Positions 46,500 through 55,885 of a DNA stretch of 64,000 bases are shown here, one piece after another. This DNA comes from an uncultured Ruminococcus sp. (GTDB lineage: Bacteria; Bacillota; Clostridia; Oscillospirales; CAG-272). The notes under the pieces are model-generated. The model saw nothing but the letters and a program-made list of their open reading frames with translations, was not told where the DNA came from and searched no databases. The translations under genes were made by a program, and so were the position numbers. Where the stretch lies: NCBI GenBank assembly GCA_964463375.1, contig CAYXBQ010000009.1, positions 11,887 to 75,886 of the forward strand, in the 5' to 3' direction. Each line of letters begins with the position of its first letter. Position 1 is the stretch's first letter.

Positions 46500-48995
46500 A
46501 TGAAAAAGCTGCTTGTCCTGGACGGCAATAGCATTTTGAACCGGGCGTTTTACGGGATTCGCAATCTCTCCACCGCCGCCGGGCTCCCCACCAATGCCGT
46601 CTTTGGATTTATGAATATTCTCTTTAAGCATATGACTGCGTTGGCTCCCACCCACTTGGCCTGTGCATTCGACACCCCGGCACCCACCTTTCGGAAGGAA
46701 ATGTTCGATGGCTACAAAGCCAACCGCAAGGGCATGCCGGAGGAGCTGGCCCTGCAGCTGCCGTATGCCAAAAAAGCCGCCCATGCCTTAGGATTTCCCG
46801 TGCTGGAATATCCCGGCTGGGAGGCGGACGACGTGCTGGGCACCCTGTCTCGTATGGGGGAGGAAGCGGGCATGGCGGTCTATCTGCTGACCGGAGACCG
46901 CGACTCCCTACAGCTGATCAGCGAGCACACCACCATTGTGCTGATGAAGAACAAAGAAGACGTGCTGTACACCCCCATGCAGTTCCGCACAGACTATGGC
47001 ATCACTCCGGAGCAGTTCGTGGATGTGAAGGCCCTGATGGGGGACACCTCGGACAATATCCCCGGCGTGGAAGGCATCGGCGAAAAAACGGCGCTGAAGC
47101 TGATCTCCCTGCGAGGGGATCTGGACAGCCTGTACGCCGATCCGGACTTCGGTGGCGCCACCCGTGCCATCTGCCGCAAGCTCACCGAGGGCAAAGAATC
47201 GGCATATCTCTCCCGTAAGCTGGCTGCCATTCGCCGGGACGTGCCTGTGACCGAGACCATGGACGATCTGGTCAATCCGGGCATCCAGGCAGAGGAAATG
47301 CTGGAGCTGTGCAACAACTTGGAGTTCACCGGTATGGCAAAAAAGTTCGGGGTCGTGGAAGGACAAAAGGAGCCGCCACGTCTGGAGCTGCCGCCGATCC
47401 AGGAGGTCGTTCCCTCTGCACTGCCGAAACAGCCGCTGGCCGTCGCTATGACCGAGGAGGGCTGGCTCTTCTGCGATGGGGAGAAGCTGTGGAAGGTACG
47501 GGGAGAAGCGGAGACCGTGTTGCGCCGTCCTTTCATTTGTCACGATCTGAAAACCATCCTGCGCCGTACAGGCTGCCTGTCCCTGCACGAGCACTGCATA
47601 TACGACACCATGCTGGCCGCCTACCTGCTGGATCCCGGCAAGGGCAACTATCCGTTGGACGTAGCCGGTTTGCCCTACGGCCTGACCATTGCGGAGGAAC
47701 CGACGGATGCAGAGACCGCCTGGGCTACCTGGCAGCTGTATGTGGCTACGGAACCGAAGCTAAAAGAAGAAAATATGGAGGATCTGTTCCGGGACATCGA
47801 GCTTCCGCTGGCGGCTGTGTTGGCCTCTATGGAGCAGATCGGCTTCAAGATCGATACGGAAGGCGTGTACCGGTATGCCGGGCGGCTGGCGGAGACGGAG
47901 AATGGTCTGCTGGATGCCATTTGGCTGGCGGCGGGACACGACTTCAACGTGAACTCCCCCAAGCAGCTGGGCGAAGTGCTGTTTGAGGAATTGGAGCTGC
48001 CCGCCGGCAAAAAGACCAAGACAGGCTATTCCACCGACGCAGAGACCCTGGAACGCCTCCGCCCCTATCACCCCATCATCGACGACATCCTGTCCTACCG
48101 GCAGATCGCCAAGCTGCGGGGGACCTATGGAGAACCGCTGGTACGGCTGGCAGACAAAAACGGCCGCATCCATACCCAGCTGAACCAGACCGGCACCGCC
48201 ACCGGTCGCCTGTCCTCCAACGATCCCAATTTGCAGAATATCCCGATTCGGATGGAGCTGGGGCGGGAGCTGCGGAAGTATTTCATCCCGGAGGACGAAG
48301 ACCATGTACTGATCGATGCGGACTATTCGCAGATCGAACTGCGACTGCTGTCCCACTTAGCCGGTGACCCGGTGATGCAGGAGGCCTTCCGCAGTGGCGT
48401 GGATATACACACCAAGGTGGCATCCCAGGTGTTCGGTATCCCGGAAGATGCGGTTACACCGGAGCTGCGTCGTCGGGCAAAGGCGGTGAACTTCGGGATC
48501 ATCTACGGCATTGGCGACTACTCCCTGTCCCAGGATCTGCACATTTCCCGGAAGCAGGCGGGGCAGTACATCGAAAGCTACCTGGCCACCTACCCCAAGG
48601 TCGGCACCTACCTGAAGGTCACCATCGACGAAGCCAAGACCAATGGCTATACCACCACCATGTTCGGTCGTCGCAGAAGGATCCCGGAGCTGGCTATGAA
48701 GAACAAGACCAGACAGGCCTTTGGCGAACGTGTGGCCATGAACAGCCCCATCCAGGGCAGTGCAGCGGACATCATCAAGATCGCAATGCTGCGGGTCCAC
48801 AAGGCGTTGTGCGAGGCGGGGATCGATGCCCACCTGATCATGCAGGTCCATGACGAACTGATCGTAGAGGCCTCCCGTGGGTGTGCAGAGCAGGCTATGG
48901 AGATCCTGGTGCGGGAAATGGAAAACGCCGCCCAGTTGGCCGTGCCGCTGACCGCAGAAGCCGGTATGGGCGAAAACTGGTACGAAGCAAAATAA
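46500..48995 (+). CDS. polA: DNA polymerase I
   Basis: 5' nuclease (LLVLDGNSILNRAFY, GDRDSLQL, GDTSDNIPGV), and polymerase motifs A (DYSQIELR), B (RRRAKAVNFGIIYG) and C (QVHDEL). Confidence 0.95.
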   Translation: MKKLLVLDGNSILNRAFYGIRNLSTAAGLPTNAVFGFMNILFKHMTALAPTHLACAFDTPAPTFRKEMFDGYKANRKGMPEELALQLPYAKKAAHALGFPVLEYPGWEADDVLGTLSRMGEEAGMAVYLLTGDRDSLQLISEHTTIVLMKNKEDVLYTPMQFRTDYGITPEQFVDVKALMGDTSDNIPGVEGIGEKTALKLISLRGDLDSLYADPDFGGATRAICRKLTEGKESAYLSRKLAAIRRDVPVTETMDDLVNPGIQAEEMLELCNNLEFTGMAKKFGVVEGQKEPPRLELPPIQEVVPSALPKQPLAVAMTEEGWLFCDGEKLWKVRGEAETVLRRPFICHDLKTILRRTGCLSLHEHCIYDTMLAAYLLDPGKGNYPLDVAGLPYGLTIAEEPTDAETAWATWQLYVATEPKLKEENMEDLFRDIELPLAAVLASMEQIGFKIDTEGVYRYAGRLAETENGLLDAIWLAAGHDFNVNSPKQLGEVLFEELELPAGKKTKTGYSTDAETLERLRPYHPIIDDILSYRQIAKLRGTYGEPLVRLADKNGRIHTQLNQTGTATGRLSSNDPNLQNIPIRMELGRELRKYFIPEDEDHVLIDADYSQIELRLLSHLAGDPVMQEAFRSGVDIHTKVASQVFGIPEDAVTPELRRRAKAVNFGIIYGIGDYSLSQDLHISRKQAGQYIESYLATYPKVGTYLKVTIDEAKTNGYTTTMFGRRRRIPELAMKNKTRQAFGERVAMNSPIQGSAADIIKIAMLRVHKALCEAGIDAHLIMQVHDELIVEASRGCAEQAMEILVREMENAAQLAVPLTAEAGMGENWYEAK

Positions 48996-49056
48996 TACAG
49001 ATAGCAAAACAGGATCCCCTGTGCCTCACAAAAAAGGTACAGCAGATCCTGCTTTT

Positions 49057-50490
49057 TTATTCGATATCCAAAGTCAATAGCGCACCATGTCCGCCACAGA
49101 TGTGCCAGCTGCCGGGAGTGAGCAGCCTTTGGAATGCCTCTCGTTCCCCTTTTGCCAGCGCCGGATCGGTGTCCACGGAGGTCATTAGGTAGGGTGCCAG
49201 CCGATTGAACTGGGCTTGTTCGGGGGTAAAGCCTTTCAGGTTCACGAAAATATCGCCGGAGAACGCCAGATGGTGCGCCTCCTCCAGATAGATCACTTCT
49301 CCCGCCACATGACCGCCACCGCCTTCGTATGCCGTAAAGTGGAAGGGACCTATGTCCAGCGGTACCCCGACAGACAGCGCACCTTCTCCCTTTGGTGCCG
49401 AAAAAGCGTGGAAGTGGGCAGTGTCCGGTGTGCGGTAGGCAGTGAGCAGCTTGCTGATGCGGACGTACGGCTCATGCAGAGGATTTTCTTCCCGGATGGC
49501 GGGCAGTCCTTTTTGCTCATGCTGGAAATTCTCCAGACAACGCCCGCTGCCGTATACCACATCAAAGTGCTCTGCCAGCCCGCAGTGATCCACGTCTCCA
49601 TGGGTCAGCAGCAGTACCCGCTGTCGGTCCTCCCAATCGGGGAACAGCCGGTGTACCAGTGGCAGCATTTCGTCTGTGTAGCAGGCAAAGCCACCATCCA
49701 CACAGACAAGGGGCGTATCTCCACCGGCATCTAAGAAGCACAGGTTGCTGCCGCAGGGTGGCTCGATCAGGGTCAGCACCGTGCCGTCCTCCAGCACCTG
49801 CCGGGTCACACGGGGACAAAAGTCCTCCCCCTTGTAGTGCCGGATGCAGTCGGCAAATTTTCCGATGTACTCGAAGGTCTTGTAGGGCGGGCTGTTTCGT
49901 TCCTCCAAAACCTGCATGATCTTGTTGGACTGCACGATGAACTGCCGCTTTTCGTCCTCGTTAAAGCCCATTTTCTGGGAAATGTCGTTGGCAAAGTTCA
50001 GGTAGAACACCGTGTTGTCCAGTATCTTTTCGCTTTTGTCGTATTCCAGTACCCGCACCGGACAGAGCAGTGCCACCTGCCGCATGAAGTCGGAGATCTC
50101 TCTGCCGTCGTCCACGAACAGACCCATCTTGAAATATTGGTAGTCCGTGCCGTTTTCCTGGGAGCTGATGTAGGAGATGTTGAAATGGAAGGCGTGGATC
50201 AGCTTCAGCACCGGATACAACGAGCCCGGTTCGTCCTTCAGCTGAAATTCCAAAAGCAGCACCTGCCCGGCTCCCAGCTCATTTTGTAGGTATCCCAGCC
50301 GTGCCAGCTCCCATTCGGCCTTGTCCAGCGTCTCCGGATCTCCATCCACTTCCAAAAACAGCATATGGGTGTCTACAGCCTTGTTGTAGCTGACTCTGGT
50401 GATGTTCAGCCCCAGCCCCGTCAGGCACCGGTCGGCCAACAGAAAGGCACCTACCTGATCCGGCATGGTTGTGGTAAAGGTTCGTTTCAT
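49057..50490 (-). CDS. Tandem ACT domains fused to an MBL-fold hydrolase domain; function uncharacterised
   Basis: There are two ACT-like beta-alpha-beta-beta-alpha-beta modules (PDQVGAFLLADRCLTGLGLNITRV; KDEPGSLYPVLKLIHAFHFNISYI). The C-terminal MBL-like domain has LLLTHGDVDHCG. The start codon lies 3 nt after the sulfatase stop. Confidence 0.7.
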   Translation of the reverse strand: MKRTFTTTMPDQVGAFLLADRCLTGLGLNITRVSYNKAVDTHMLFLEVDGDPETLDKAEWELARLGYLQNELGAGQVLLLEFQLKDEPGSLYPVLKLIHAFHFNISYISSQENGTDYQYFKMGLFVDDGREISDFMRQVALLCPVRVLEYDKSEKILDNTVFYLNFANDISQKMGFNEDEKRQFIVQSNKIMQVLEERNSPPYKTFEYIGKFADCIRHYKGEDFCPRVTRQVLEDGTVLTLIEPPCGSNLCFLDAGGDTPLVCVDGGFACYTDEMLPLVHRLFPDWEDRQRVLLLTHGDVDHCGLAEHFDVVYGSGRCLENFQHEQKGLPAIREENPLHEPYVRISKLLTAYRTPDTAHFHAFSAPKGEGALSVGVPLDIGPFHFTAYEGGGGHVAGEVIYLEEAHHLAFSGDIFVNLKGFTPEQAQFNRLAPYLMTSVDTDPALAKGEREAFQRLLTPGSWHICGGHGALLTLDIE

Positions 50491-50493
50491 ACT

Positions 50494-51966
50494 TTACCGC
50501 TTCAGATCTCTGGCATACTGCTTTTGCAGCAGTTCCACACCATATTCTCTGGGTGTGCCCTTGAGCCGTTCCATGTAGGCCTCCAGCTCGCCACGGCAGT
50601 GCTCCGGGCCACCTTCCCGCATGACAGTCCACATGGGATCCGTGTCGTACCAGGACTTTGCCATCATCTCGTCTTCCCAGTCCTTGATCAGCTTGGCACC
50701 TTTTGCGCACAGCTCCGGATGTTCCTCTGCCAAATTGTGCAGTTCGTGTGGATCTTCTTTGATGTTGAACAGCATTTCCTTGGGGAACAGATGGTAGCCA
50801 CCATGGACGGTACGGATGTAGAGATAGTCTCCGAACCGGGCAGACCGCTGGCACACATGGGCGCACTGGGAGAGGATGGCGTGATCCTGCCCGCAGTCGG
50901 CACCGGTGCGGATGGTGTCTGCATAGCTGACCCCGTCGTATTCGTAGCGGCCACGGACACTGGTGCCCAGCAGCTCCTGGATGGTCGGTACCAGATCCAC
51001 ATTGGTATGGAACCCGGTGTCCACGTGCCCCTGTACGCCGCCGGCCCATTTGATGATCATGGGGATCCGACAGGTGGGCTCGTCTGCGGTACCGTGTTCG
51101 GCATACAGACCCAGCTCACCCATGTTTTCCCCGTGGTCTGCGGTGATGATGATGGATACATCGTCGTAGATGCCCATCTCCCGCAGCTTGGCGAAGATCT
51201 GCCCAATGGCGTCGTCGGTGTACTTGATCCCACAGTCGTAGTTGTCCATGAAGGTCTTCATTTCCCCCATGGTCTTTACGCTGCCGGGATGGCGAGGCAG
51301 AGCCGGATTGGATGCGTCGTCCCACATATCGATCTCGTTGGCACCGTGGGGGCCTACGTGCAGCAGGTGATCCGCAAAGACTTCCTCGGTGATCCAGTTG
51401 TCCGGCAGGGGATCGTTTTCGTACGGATTGCCGTAGTCCAGGGGCGTGCGGTAGGGCGTGTGGGGATCCCAGTAGTGGACGTGCAGGAACCAGTTGTCGT
51501 CGTCCCCGTTTTTGTCCAGCCAATCCAGTGCAATGGGCGTGACCTTGTCAGCGGTCTCGTGTCCCCGGCTGCCCACGTTGTACACTTCGTTGAAGCCGGA
51601 CAGGAACCACCAGGACGAATGCCGTTCCGCAAAGGTGGAAATGGTGGCAGTCTTCATCCCGGCACGGCGGAACTGCATGAACAGTCCGTTTTCGCTGTAT
51701 AGGTCGGTGAAGTGCCGGTTCTCCCCCTGGAGCCGCATATCCGCAGCCGTACCGCCATGGCCTACAACGCCGGTGCGAATGCCAAATTGCCCGGTGATCA
51801 GCGAGGCACGGGAAGGCAGGCAGGGTGCATTGGGACAATAATAGTTGTCAAACCGGATCCCTTCGTCGGCCACAGCGTCCATATTGGGCGTGGTATTGCG
51901 ACCATAGCCGTAGCAGCCTAAGTGGTCGGCACGCAGGGTATCGATGTCAAAAAACAATATACGCAT
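50494..51966 (-). CDS. Cys-type (formylglycine) sulfatase-family hydrolase, with no signal peptide
   Basis: DIDTLRADHLGCYGY, the CxPxR motif APCLPSRASLITGQ (C49-R53, nt 51808-51822), FLHVHYWDPHTPY, ITADHGENMGE, and DLVPT. Confidence 0.85.
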   Translation of the reverse strand: MRILFFDIDTLRADHLGCYGYGRNTTPNMDAVADEGIRFDNYYCPNAPCLPSRASLITGQFGIRTGVVGHGGTAADMRLQGENRHFTDLYSENGLFMQFRRAGMKTATISTFAERHSSWWFLSGFNEVYNVGSRGHETADKVTPIALDWLDKNGDDDNWFLHVHYWDPHTPYRTPLDYGNPYENDPLPDNWITEEVFADHLLHVGPHGANEIDMWDDASNPALPRHPGSVKTMGEMKTFMDNYDCGIKYTDDAIGQIFAKLREMGIYDDVSIIITADHGENMGELGLYAEHGTADEPTCRIPMIIKWAGGVQGHVDTGFHTNVDLVPTIQELLGTSVRGRYEYDGVSYADTIRTGADCGQDHAILSQCAHVCQRSARFGDYLYIRTVHGGYHLFPKEMLFNIKEDPHELHNLAEEHPELCAKGAKLIKDWEDEMMAKSWYDTDPMWTVMREGGPEHCRGELEAYMERLKGTPREYGVELLQKQYARDLKR

Positions 51967-52137
51967 AGGTACTCTCCTAAAAATTGATATACCCTATAAC
52001 AATACCATGAAATGCTGTTTTTGTCAAGATAGAAATCGTAAATCTATATGGAAAAACAGAACATAAAGCACTTGACAGGACGGATGAAAGCGATTATAAT
52101 GAAGACAGTATATACCAAACCAAAACGGAGGATGACC

Positions 52138-53763
52138 ATGGAGTTATACGAAAAATTTGCCGCAGAACAAAAGGTGCAACGCATCCCCTGCTGGCACGAC
52201 AGCGAGCTGCTGCTGTTGCCGGAATGTGAGGTCGATACCTTTGTCGCCTGGGAGCAAGCCTTTGCTTCTGCCGGAACCACGAAGCTGGACTACAGCGAAC
52301 GAGAGGGAAACCGTACTGCCGTATACGCAGGCGAGGATGGCGTGTACACCCTGTCCTACACAGCCTTCGAGAAGACCTGCCGCCTGATCCGGGATACCAC
52401 CACCGACCTGCCGCTGCCGCCGGATACTGCCGCACCCATTTGCCCGGTGCTGGTGACCCAGATGCGGCTGTTGTACTGCTGTGCCGACTGCGGGATGCTG
52501 TACCTGATCCGGTTGGGGGACGGACGGTTTGCGGTGATCGATGCCGGTATGGGCGAGCATGAGGAACCGGAGCATCTATGGGAGCTGCTGGAAAGTCAGA
52601 ACGTGCGGGAGGGCCGACCCACCATCGCAGCCTGGTTCTTCACCCATCCCCACATCGACCACTACAACACCTTTGTCCACTTTATGGAGCGGCACGGTAA
52701 TAAGGTAGTGCTGGAAAGCGTGCTGTACAATTGGCCCACCACCGATATGGCAAAAGGCTTCTCCGACCTGACCGGGTTCGACATGACGCTGGCTGCGCTG
52801 CCGAACACCAAAAAGATCACCCCACGGGATGGCTGGACCATCGTCTTCCCCGGCGTGACCTTCCACGTGCTGTTCACCTGCGAGGACCTGTATCCGGCTC
52901 CCTATGACAACATCAACGACACGTCCATGGTCATGCGGATGGATGTGGGAGAACGGCGTGTGCTGTGGCTGGGAGATGCGCAAAGAAAGGCCTCTGGCTA
53001 CATTACCCAAAAACTCAGCAGGGATACTTTGGTTTGCGAGATCCTACAGGTGGGACACCACGGCTACTGGGGCGGTTCCGATCGGTTGTATCGCACCGCA
53101 GACCCGGAGATCCTGCTGTGGCCTTGCCCGGACTTCTGGTACCAGGTGATCACAGACTGGGACTGTAATAAGGTGCTTGTGACTTCCGAAAGGATCCACG
53201 CCATCTTTGTGTCCGGCAGACGAGAAGTGACGCTGGATCTGTCCGCATCCGCACCCATTCCGTCGGATAACTGCTATGGCGGTTTTACATACGAAGAAGA
53301 TTTCACCGATACCAATGTGTACCACAAAGCGTGGTCGGCGGTCACCGGCGGCTCTACCGGCTATCGTGGCATGGACGTGTCCATCGAACGTGGCGTGTGC
53401 CATCTCTCTGCCGGGGAAAGCTGGTCGGTGCTGGAATGGAGACAGCCGGGACAAATGCCGGACAGCTACACCTTCACCGCCAAGATGTGCGCCAGAACCA
53501 TAGGACGGATCGCACTGTTCTGGAACCACCCCACGCCCACCGTGTGGAGTGACGATGCCGTACTGCCGCTGCCACTACCACTGGATCGGGAATGCACCGT
53601 GGTTCTGACTGCCGATGCAGAAAACCGTACCGCCACGCTGGCCATCGATGGTGAGATCGTTTGGCAGAGCAGCTATGCCCCAGCGTACAAGCATGGTCTG
53701 TATCTGCTCCTGCAAAACGCCGCCGTGGACGTCATGCAACTGAAGCTACACAATAAGGAATAA
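52138..53763 (+). CDS. MBL-fold hydrolase (ComEC-C-terminal-like) with an unknown N-terminal domain and a C-terminal ConA/LamG-like domain
   Basis: FFTHPHIDHYN (HxHxDH), VLWLGDAQ, and LQVGHHGYWGG. The C-terminal ~170 aa looks like a beta-sandwich. The promoter TTGACA-17-TATAAT (52070-52098) and a GGAGGA SD lie upstream. Confidence 0.7.
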   Translation: MELYEKFAAEQKVQRIPCWHDSELLLLPECEVDTFVAWEQAFASAGTTKLDYSEREGNRTAVYAGEDGVYTLSYTAFEKTCRLIRDTTTDLPLPPDTAAPICPVLVTQMRLLYCCADCGMLYLIRLGDGRFAVIDAGMGEHEEPEHLWELLESQNVREGRPTIAAWFFTHPHIDHYNTFVHFMERHGNKVVLESVLYNWPTTDMAKGFSDLTGFDMTLAALPNTKKITPRDGWTIVFPGVTFHVLFTCEDLYPAPYDNINDTSMVMRMDVGERRVLWLGDAQRKASGYITQKLSRDTLVCEILQVGHHGYWGGSDRLYRTADPEILLWPCPDFWYQVITDWDCNKVLVTSERIHAIFVSGRREVTLDLSASAPIPSDNCYGGFTYEEDFTDTNVYHKAWSAVTGGSTGYRGMDVSIERGVCHLSAGESWSVLEWRQPGQMPDSYTFTAKMCARTIGRIALFWNHPTPTVWSDDAVLPLPLPLDRECTVVLTADAENRTATLAIDGEIVWQSSYAPAYKHGLYLLLQNAAVDVMQLKLHNKE

Positions 53764-53839
53764 AAAATGAGAAGTCAGAAATGGGTAAGAATTGCAAAAC
53801 GCTTTTCCCCCACCTCTGACTTCTTATTTCTGCCCTTCC

Positions 53840-54589
53840 TCATGCCAACTCCTGCCGAAGTCGGGCGAAGATCTTTTTCTCCTCCCGGGAGATCTTCACC
53901 TGTGTCAGACCCAGTGCATCGGCGGTTTGCTGTTGGGAGTAATCTCGGTAGTACCGCAGCAGCAGGATCTTGCGCCACAGCTCCGGCAGACCGTCGATGA
54001 TTTCCGTAAGGGCAATATGCTCCAACATTTCCTCTAAGGGATCCTCCGCAGCCGGTAGCACGTTTTCCAGTGTGTAATCCTCGTCCCCCATGGGATCGGA
54101 GAGGGAGTGGACGGGTAGGGAAGCATCCAGTGCCACCGCCGCTTCCGCCGGAGATACACCCGCCGCCTCTGCCAGATACGCAATGGATGGCTCCGTACCG
54201 TGGACAGACAGATACTTCTCCCGTTCCCGCAGTAGGATCGCTCCCAGCCGCTTTTGCCCACGGGATACCTTGATCAGTCCATCGTCCCGCAAATATCGCC
54301 GGATCTCTCCGATGATCAGCGGGACTGCGTAGGTGGAAAAGGCCGTGCCCCGGTCACAGTCGAAGCTGCGGATGGCTTTCAGCATACCGATGGAGCCGAT
54401 CTGCACCAGATCCTCATATTCGACCCCACGTCCCCGAAACCGGCAGGCAAGTCCATGGACCAGCGGTGCATTGCGTTCCATGATCACCGTTTCCAGTGCG
54501 CTCTCTCCGGCCCGGTATCGCAGCAGATCCTGGCGGTTGGCATCGTACCGGCTGGTCGTGTCCTCCGGCAGTTTGGGTGCATTTGTCAT
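53840..54589 (-). CDS. sigF: Sporulation sigma factor SigF
   Basis: Sigma-70 regions 2-4 (DLVQIGSIGMLKAIRSFD, STYAVPLIIGEIRRYLRD, QQQTADALGLTQVKISR). It lies directly downstream of spoIIAA-spoIIAB. Confidence 0.85.
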   Translation of the reverse strand: MTNAPKLPEDTTSRYDANRQDLLRYRAGESALETVIMERNAPLVHGLACRFRGRGVEYEDLVQIGSIGMLKAIRSFDCDRGTAFSTYAVPLIIGEIRRYLRDDGLIKVSRGQKRLGAILLREREKYLSVHGTEPSIAYLAEAAGVSPAEAAVALDASLPVHSLSDPMGDEDYTLENVLPAAEDPLEEMLEHIALTEIIDGLPELWRKILLLRYYRDYSQQQTADALGLTQVKISREEKKIFARLRQELA

Positions 54590-54626
54590 GGTATATCCCC
54601 CTTTTTGTACATTGGTTATGTATCCG

Positions 54627-55130
54627 TCAGTGCCGGGGGCGTGGCATACTGCTTCTGGCCAGTACGGCGAATTTTTTCGTCATGGTGATCTTGGTGCCTT
54701 TGCCGGGGGCAGAGAGGATCCGCAGACTGTCCATGAAGCTCTCCATGACCGTGAACCCCATGCCGCTGCGTTCCCCCGCCGGATCGGAGGTGTACAGCGG
54801 TGTTTTCGCCTGTTCGATGTCTGCAATGCCGCAGCCCTTGTCCCGGATCTCGATCTTCACCGTGCGCTCCGGCAGAAGACGCATAGTCATCACGATCTCT
54901 CCCACCGTGTCTCTGTATCCATGGACGATGGCGTTGGTGACCGCTTCGGAGACGGCACATTTCACGTCAGACAGCTCCGTGGCTGTGGGATCCAGCTGGG
55001 CACAAAAGGCGGCTGCACAGGCTCTGGCGTACCCCTCGTTGGCGGATAGGGACGGGAAGGTGAGGCGGCAGGTGTTCTCCACGGGTTTGTCCACCACTGG
55101 GGTATATTTTTCTTCTTTTGCACATTCCAT
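54627..55130 (-). CDS. spoIIAB: Anti-sigma F factor (serine kinase SpoIIAB)
   Basis: GHKL N-box EAVTNAIVHG, and the G-boxes DKGCGI and ERSGMGF. AAGGAGGA SD lies 7 nt upstream. Confidence 0.85.
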   Translation of the reverse strand: MECAKEEKYTPVVDKPVENTCRLTFPSLSANEGYARACAAAFCAQLDPTATELSDVKCAVSEAVTNAIVHGYRDTVGEIVMTMRLLPERTVKIEIRDKGCGIADIEQAKTPLYTSDPAGERSGMGFTVMESFMDSLRILSAPGKGTKITMTKKFAVLARSSMPRPRH

Positions 55131-55143
55131 AGTAACGTCCTCC

Positions 55144-55470
55144 TTAACGCATGGTGATGGGTACCAGTCGCTCCATCCCGGCCAGATCCAGAATCTTTTG
55201 CACCTGGGGATTGGGATGGATGAGCCGAAAGCCCACGCCCAGCTCTGCCGCTTTGGTGTACCGACCTAAGATCAGTCCCAGCCCGGCGCTGTCCATAAAG
55301 CTGACCTTTGCCAGATCCAGTACCAGCTCACAAGGCCGGGTGAGAAACAGCTTGGTGTCGATGCGACTGCGAATGGTGGCGGCAGAATGGTGGTCGATGT
55401 CCCCTTCTAGATACACCGTGAGACTGCCGGACACCTCTTGACAGCGCAGCGAATGTTCGTGTATGTCCAT
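55144..55470 (-). CDS. spoIIAA: Anti-sigma F factor antagonist (STAS protein SpoIIAA)
   Basis: 108-aa STAS domain with the phospho-serine motif FMDSAGLG. Confidence 0.85.
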   Translation of the reverse strand: MDIHEHSLRCQEVSGSLTVYLEGDIDHHSAATIRSRIDTKLFLTRPCELVLDLAKVSFMDSAGLGLILGRYTKAAELGVGFRLIHPNPQVQKILDLAGMERLVPITMR

Positions 55471-55885
55471 ATTTTATACCTCCTGCTATGGTATAGTTGC
55501 TGGCTATGTATAGCCACCGAAAAACGCTTCTGCGGCGGCGGATGGGATTCTTTCCTATAGTATACACCAAAGCCTTTGCAGATGCTGTCGAAGGGTGGGG
55601 CGGGAGACACAAAAGTTTGCAAAAACCTCCGGTGCTGGCCAAATCTGGCATCTCGCCAAATGTAGTGCTTTTGCTACGGAAAATGCCTCCAAAAAAGCAG
55701 GTGCCAATAGAAAATATAATGCGATTTTTTTAGGAGTTTTTCGAGAATTCTTGACAAGTGCCGATGGATGTGGTATGATATATACAGAATGGAATTTTGT
55801 CGGCTATTTGATGGAACAGCGCGGTTCTGTCAGGGACAGCCGTGTCATAGAGGAACGCTTTTGCGGCGGTTATTTGGAGGACGAG

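Noticed and set aside
55586-55592. A TGTCGAA match to the Spo0A box, about 115 nt upstream of spoIIAA
   Set aside because: The location is plausible for a spoIIA promoter. However, a lone 7-mer is too weak to call, and I could not identify a convincing sigma-H promoter by eye.
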